Shown: piece after piece, positions 60,027 through 64,000 of the stretch
Layout: the number at the start of each line of letters is the position of its first letter
Numbering within the stretch: position 1 is the first letter of the stretch
Assembly (NCBI GenBank): GCA_043228905.1
Contig: JBHGNT010000017.1
Coordinates: 3,782,001-3,846,000 of the forward strand
Reading direction: 5' to 3'
DNA from: Azolla caroliniana
Taxonomy: Eukaryota; Plantae; Polypodiophyta
DNA: 64,000 nucleotides
Translations under genes and position numbers: made by a program
The notes under the pieces: generated by a model
Told to the model about the DNA's origin: nothing
Database searches by the model: none
What the model saw: the letters and a program-made list of their open reading frames with translations, nothing else

Positions 60027-62647
60027 GGATCATACTTGAAAATAGTTGGGTATACCTCAAAGGTTTGCAATGCTTTGTGAGTGAAGATCGTACTATTTCA
60101 CAACAGAATGCTTGTCTTAAAGCATATGAAGAATAATTGAAAAATAAGATTAAGAATGTGCTTAAAAATGGAAATGTAGGCAAATAAGAACACAGGACCT
60201 TAAGATTAAGAATGTGCTTAAAAACGGAAATGTAGGCAAATAAGAACACATGACCTATGGGACTAATCCATGACCTTTACGACTATGCTTTTGGAATTGC
60301 AATGGATACCCATGGAATTCGGGATTTCACATAGAGGAGTTCATTGATGACTTAGATATCACACCAGTCTTCTTGTTAAAACATGGGATCATGATACTCA
60401 AAGGATTCAAGGTTTCGGAAACTATTACTTTCACTCTTTGATATGGACGAAAAATCAAAGACTACAAAGAGGACAAGGAGGGGTGGCATGTTTGATTAAG
60501 AAGGAAATAGAGAAATATGTGTCGATCATAAAAAATGTTGAACATAAATGTTAGATATGGTTCTAAATAGAAACACCTAATGATTTGCCCACTTTTGTGG
60601 TTGGATGTTACATTCCTCATTAACATTCTAACTTTTATGCTTGTGTGGATTAAGATAAACCTTTTGCCAATCTAAAAGATGATATTGCTTATTTCAAATC
60701 CAACAGGGAAGTTACTATCTTTGGTGACATGAATGCCCATACAAGAAGTTTCCAACTTGATGCACAACAATATTTCATGCCATATATCTCAAGGATGTAA
60801 GAGGATATACAAATGTATAACCACTCTTCTATCGAAGAAAAAGATCTAGTCTAGTTTGGGAAGTTACTCCTACAAATGTGCATTAGTACCAGATTGCTTA
60901 TTGCAAACATTGTTTCCTTATGGCCCAACAAGAATGGGTTTACATGTAGAAAACACAATGAAAATAGTGTGATTGACCATGTGCTACTTTCCAAAGGCAT
61001 TTTGGATCGTATACATAAATTCTTAATTGATGAATGGATATAGGAATCCGATCATAGGGCTTTATGTATTGACCTCAAATGTATGCATAGGTTTGATTGT
61101 GAGAAGGCCATTGAAGATAATAACAACCGCACTTGAGCATGAACCTTAAGCAAACGCCCATGTATTCTAAGATGGTTGAAGATATGTTACAAATGGCAAA
61201 TATACAACATGGTGCCACACTAGAATGCAAATGAGGAGTTTAAAAAAAAGTCATTCTCTCATGCACAAACTGAAATGTTTTTCGACCGAGCACACATCTT
61301 GGAAAATGCACCAAGAAATATAGTTCAAAGAAAAAATGGTTTGATAAAGAATGTCATGAAGTTCAGAAGTGACTTAGGATTTTGGATGTAGTCAAGGATA
61401 AAGAAAACTACTAAAAACATTTGCATGAGTGCAAAAGGCTTTCATATTTTTTCAATAGCACTATTAGTGTTAAGCAAGGATGCCCACTCTACCAACTCTA
61501 TTTGGTCTATGCATTGAATAATTAGAAGAAATGGGTGGAAAGCTTCAAATATCTTAGCTTTGAAGTTCCGTTAAATCATAAATGGAGTTAATGTGTTACA
61601 TGTTGCTTAAAGGTGGGAAAGAGAGGATATCTTGCATTTGAGAACACATGCAATCACGGAGATAATAATTGTTGGGCCCTCAAGAAATATCTTTTCAACG
61701 CTTTGGTGACACCAATGCTTCTCTATGGGGTGGAAGTATGGGGTGGTAGCATCCCTAAATCTACTTGGAAAGAGTTTGAAAATTTGTCCAAAAACATTTT
61801 CATACAAAGTTTCAACAAGTTAAGAAACAAACACTTTACATCCTCCTCGAGACGAGATCATTTCCCATTGAGATCGTGACCATGGAAAGGGGGGTTGAAT
61901 ACATGCTTAAGGTTCAAAAAAGTCCCTCACATCGCCTTCCTAGAATTGCATGGGAAGCAAGCAAAAAGATCCAAAAGACGCATAAAAGCAAAATTTTGTG
62001 TTCTGGTTGGATGCAAGATATGAAAAAGTGGTTTACTAGATGGGATGCAACCCATTTGCTTTATGATGCATCACTAGATTCCTCTGTAAATGAGGCCTTT
62101 TTGCAATGTCAGTATATCATGACATGAGAAAAATGTGGAGGCTCACGCCTCACACATTATACTACACATGTTGCACATAACTACAAAACCATATTCTTCG
62201 TGGAACGGGGATACCGTACACATTGATACATGTTAGAGCCCATCCCATTGTCTACCATTCAAGCTATTGCTTCTATGTGACTTAACTCATGTCATGCATT
62301 GCGATGTGAGACGGGGCATTTGGGCACAAGTGATGAGAGTGATGGACTATGCACACTTTGTCCTAAACAAGTTCGAGAGTCTGAGTATCATACTTTGATA
62401 CAATGCTCTACCTTTGATCATATTTGACCATGCTTTCCACACATCTTCGACCAAGCCCAATCCTTGCACGAATTTCTCTCACAACCACAATGTGCACTCT
62501 CAATTGTAACATTCATTGATAAAGTTCTTGAAAATCGAGAGTCATTACTCACTTTCACACGTATCACGTGAAATGCAATATTTTTGGTCTCATAGGTCAT
62601 ATTTGACCTTCGAAGTCGGTAATATAATCTCTCTCTCTCTCTCTCTT
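60027..62647 (+). mobile_element. RTE/RTEX-like LINE, 3' part: end of ORF1, APE endonuclease, internally deleted RT, C-terminal CCHC, (CT)n tail
   Basis: APE 'WNCNG', 'GQGGVACLIK', 'IFGDMNAH', 'SVIDHV', 'ESDHRA'; linker 'KKWFDKEC'; RT 'VKQGCPL', 'LVTPMLLYGVEVWG'; 'CTLC...ESEYHTLIQC'. Confidence 0.8.
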
Positions 62648-62679
62648 TAGTAAAAACACACAATTATATTAATAAATAT

Positions 62680-63830
62680 GTGAAAAAAACACCACTTACA
62701 ATTGGTGTGACAATGGAGTATGGTCACCCACTAACTACACTACATGGGTAGTAGAACATGTTGAATTGCCAATAGGCAAGACGAACACTCCACCGAGGAA
62801 AGAATTTCCACTTGCTCCAATAAAGAAAATTGCCACATTAATACTCCCTTCAACTTTCGTAGATATGCTTTCACTCCATGTCTACCGTCAAATACAAAAG
62901 AGTTGTGCATATTCCAATTATGACGCAATCTCCAATATCTCAAAAATAGAAAAATGATCTCCATTTCTGATTTTGGGTCAACCTGTGTAAATTGCGCAAA
63001 ACCCATTGTCTAGGTGTCAAATAACACTGTGATAAAACTTGCCAAATTTGAGAAATGTAACTCCAGATCTGACAAGCAATCGGACATTGTATAAATCGAT
63101 GAGTACTATCTTCCATTTGAACAGTGCAAAAGAAACAATTACCCGTTGATAATCCACGACGCTTTAGAGCTAATCCCAAAGGCAATCCTCCAATCAAAAC
63201 TCTCTAAATGAAGACCTTTGCTACAAGTGGCAATTTAGAATGCCAACTACGTTGTAAGATTTGCCACCACCCATGATCAGATTTGTGTAATCTCCATTCT
63301 TCTTCGGCCTTAGATGATAACCATCCAAGAGACTCAACAGAGCAATGATACAAAAGATTAGTAGTCACTTGTAACAATGACGTTTGACCCTTTAAACACC
63401 AATCAAGCCACGATTGTTCTCTTGTTTGTAGAGGTAAGTGACCTTGCATCAATGCAATATTTTGTAGTTGTTGCCAAATAAACCCATAATTAGGAGGAAT
63501 GCGTAATAATTGTCGCGCTTCAGCAAACTCTAAAATTCTTTGAGATGGAGCCTCAACTATATCTCCCACCTTTTTCACCCCCAAATGAAACAAATGATTA
63601 AATTGAGAGCACAATCTCTCCTTCCTTGGCCAACATAATAACCGAGAAGACACAAGCAACTCTTTTTGCAAAGAATTACAATGCTCTGTACCAGATGATG
63701 GTTTCTATAAACATAACAAGTGTGCTTCTTGTCATGAGGTAACCAAGTGTTGAACACATGTAGAGCCTGGAATCATAATTGAAATACATCCATTCAGTAA
63801 TTGCCACCGTGAAGCCTTAATCGTTGTCCT
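62680..63830 (-). mobile_element. L1/Tx1-type LINE ORF2 3' fragment (zf-RVT)
   Basis: 'W...LPLVAKVFI...GLPLG.ALKRRG...CFFC...EDSTHRFIQCPIA..IW'. Confidence 0.75.
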
Positions 63831-63918
63831 CCCATGTGTTAAACCCTTGTTCTCAATGAAATATTGAATAATAGATATATCCATGGTTGTGAGTTTGAAC
63901 ACATATCTTGTAATAATG

Positions 63919-63922
<4 letters not shown>

Positions 63923-63989
<67 letters not shown>
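63923..63989. repeat. (CT)n microsatellite
   Basis: About 33 CT units. Confidence 0.95.
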
Positions 63990-63992
<3 letters not shown>

Positions 63993-64000
63993 CAAATAAT

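Overview
Eukaryotic land-plant genomic DNA, probably from a non-seed plant (inferred from the TE types present). The first 21 kb holds one 13-exon host gene encoding translation initiation factor eIF2B subunit gamma (about 440 aa). Its long intron 2 is filled with TE relics, and a 6,447-bp block is repeated either side of a 100-N gap, most likely an assembly artefact. The rest is a retrotransposon nest about 35 kb long inserted into ORF1 of a degenerate RTE/RTEX-like LINE. A non-chromovirus Ty3/Gypsy (G1, 24765-48425, minus strand) contains a Copia (C1), which contains a solo LTR and a young Trp-primed Gypsy (G2). Immediately adjacent, a second Copia (C2, 48433-60026) contains a solo LTR and a third Copia (C3), which contains an 83-bp mini element. 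Most notable observations: (1) G1 has no polypurine tract and instead has a second, inverted tRNA-Arg PBS-like motif at the PPT position, suggesting both strands may be tRNA-primed; (2) four TGTCG...CGACA insertions all have 4-bp SCGG target duplications inside Copia coding sequence; (3) G2 has a candidate -1 frameshift at GGAUUUU; (4) two unrelated LTRs carry antisense tRNA-like cassettes in U3; (5) G1 has a long 3' extra ORF with a PMD-like motif and coiled-coil. All coordinates and counts were read by eye, and tRNA and family matches come from memory, not from searches.
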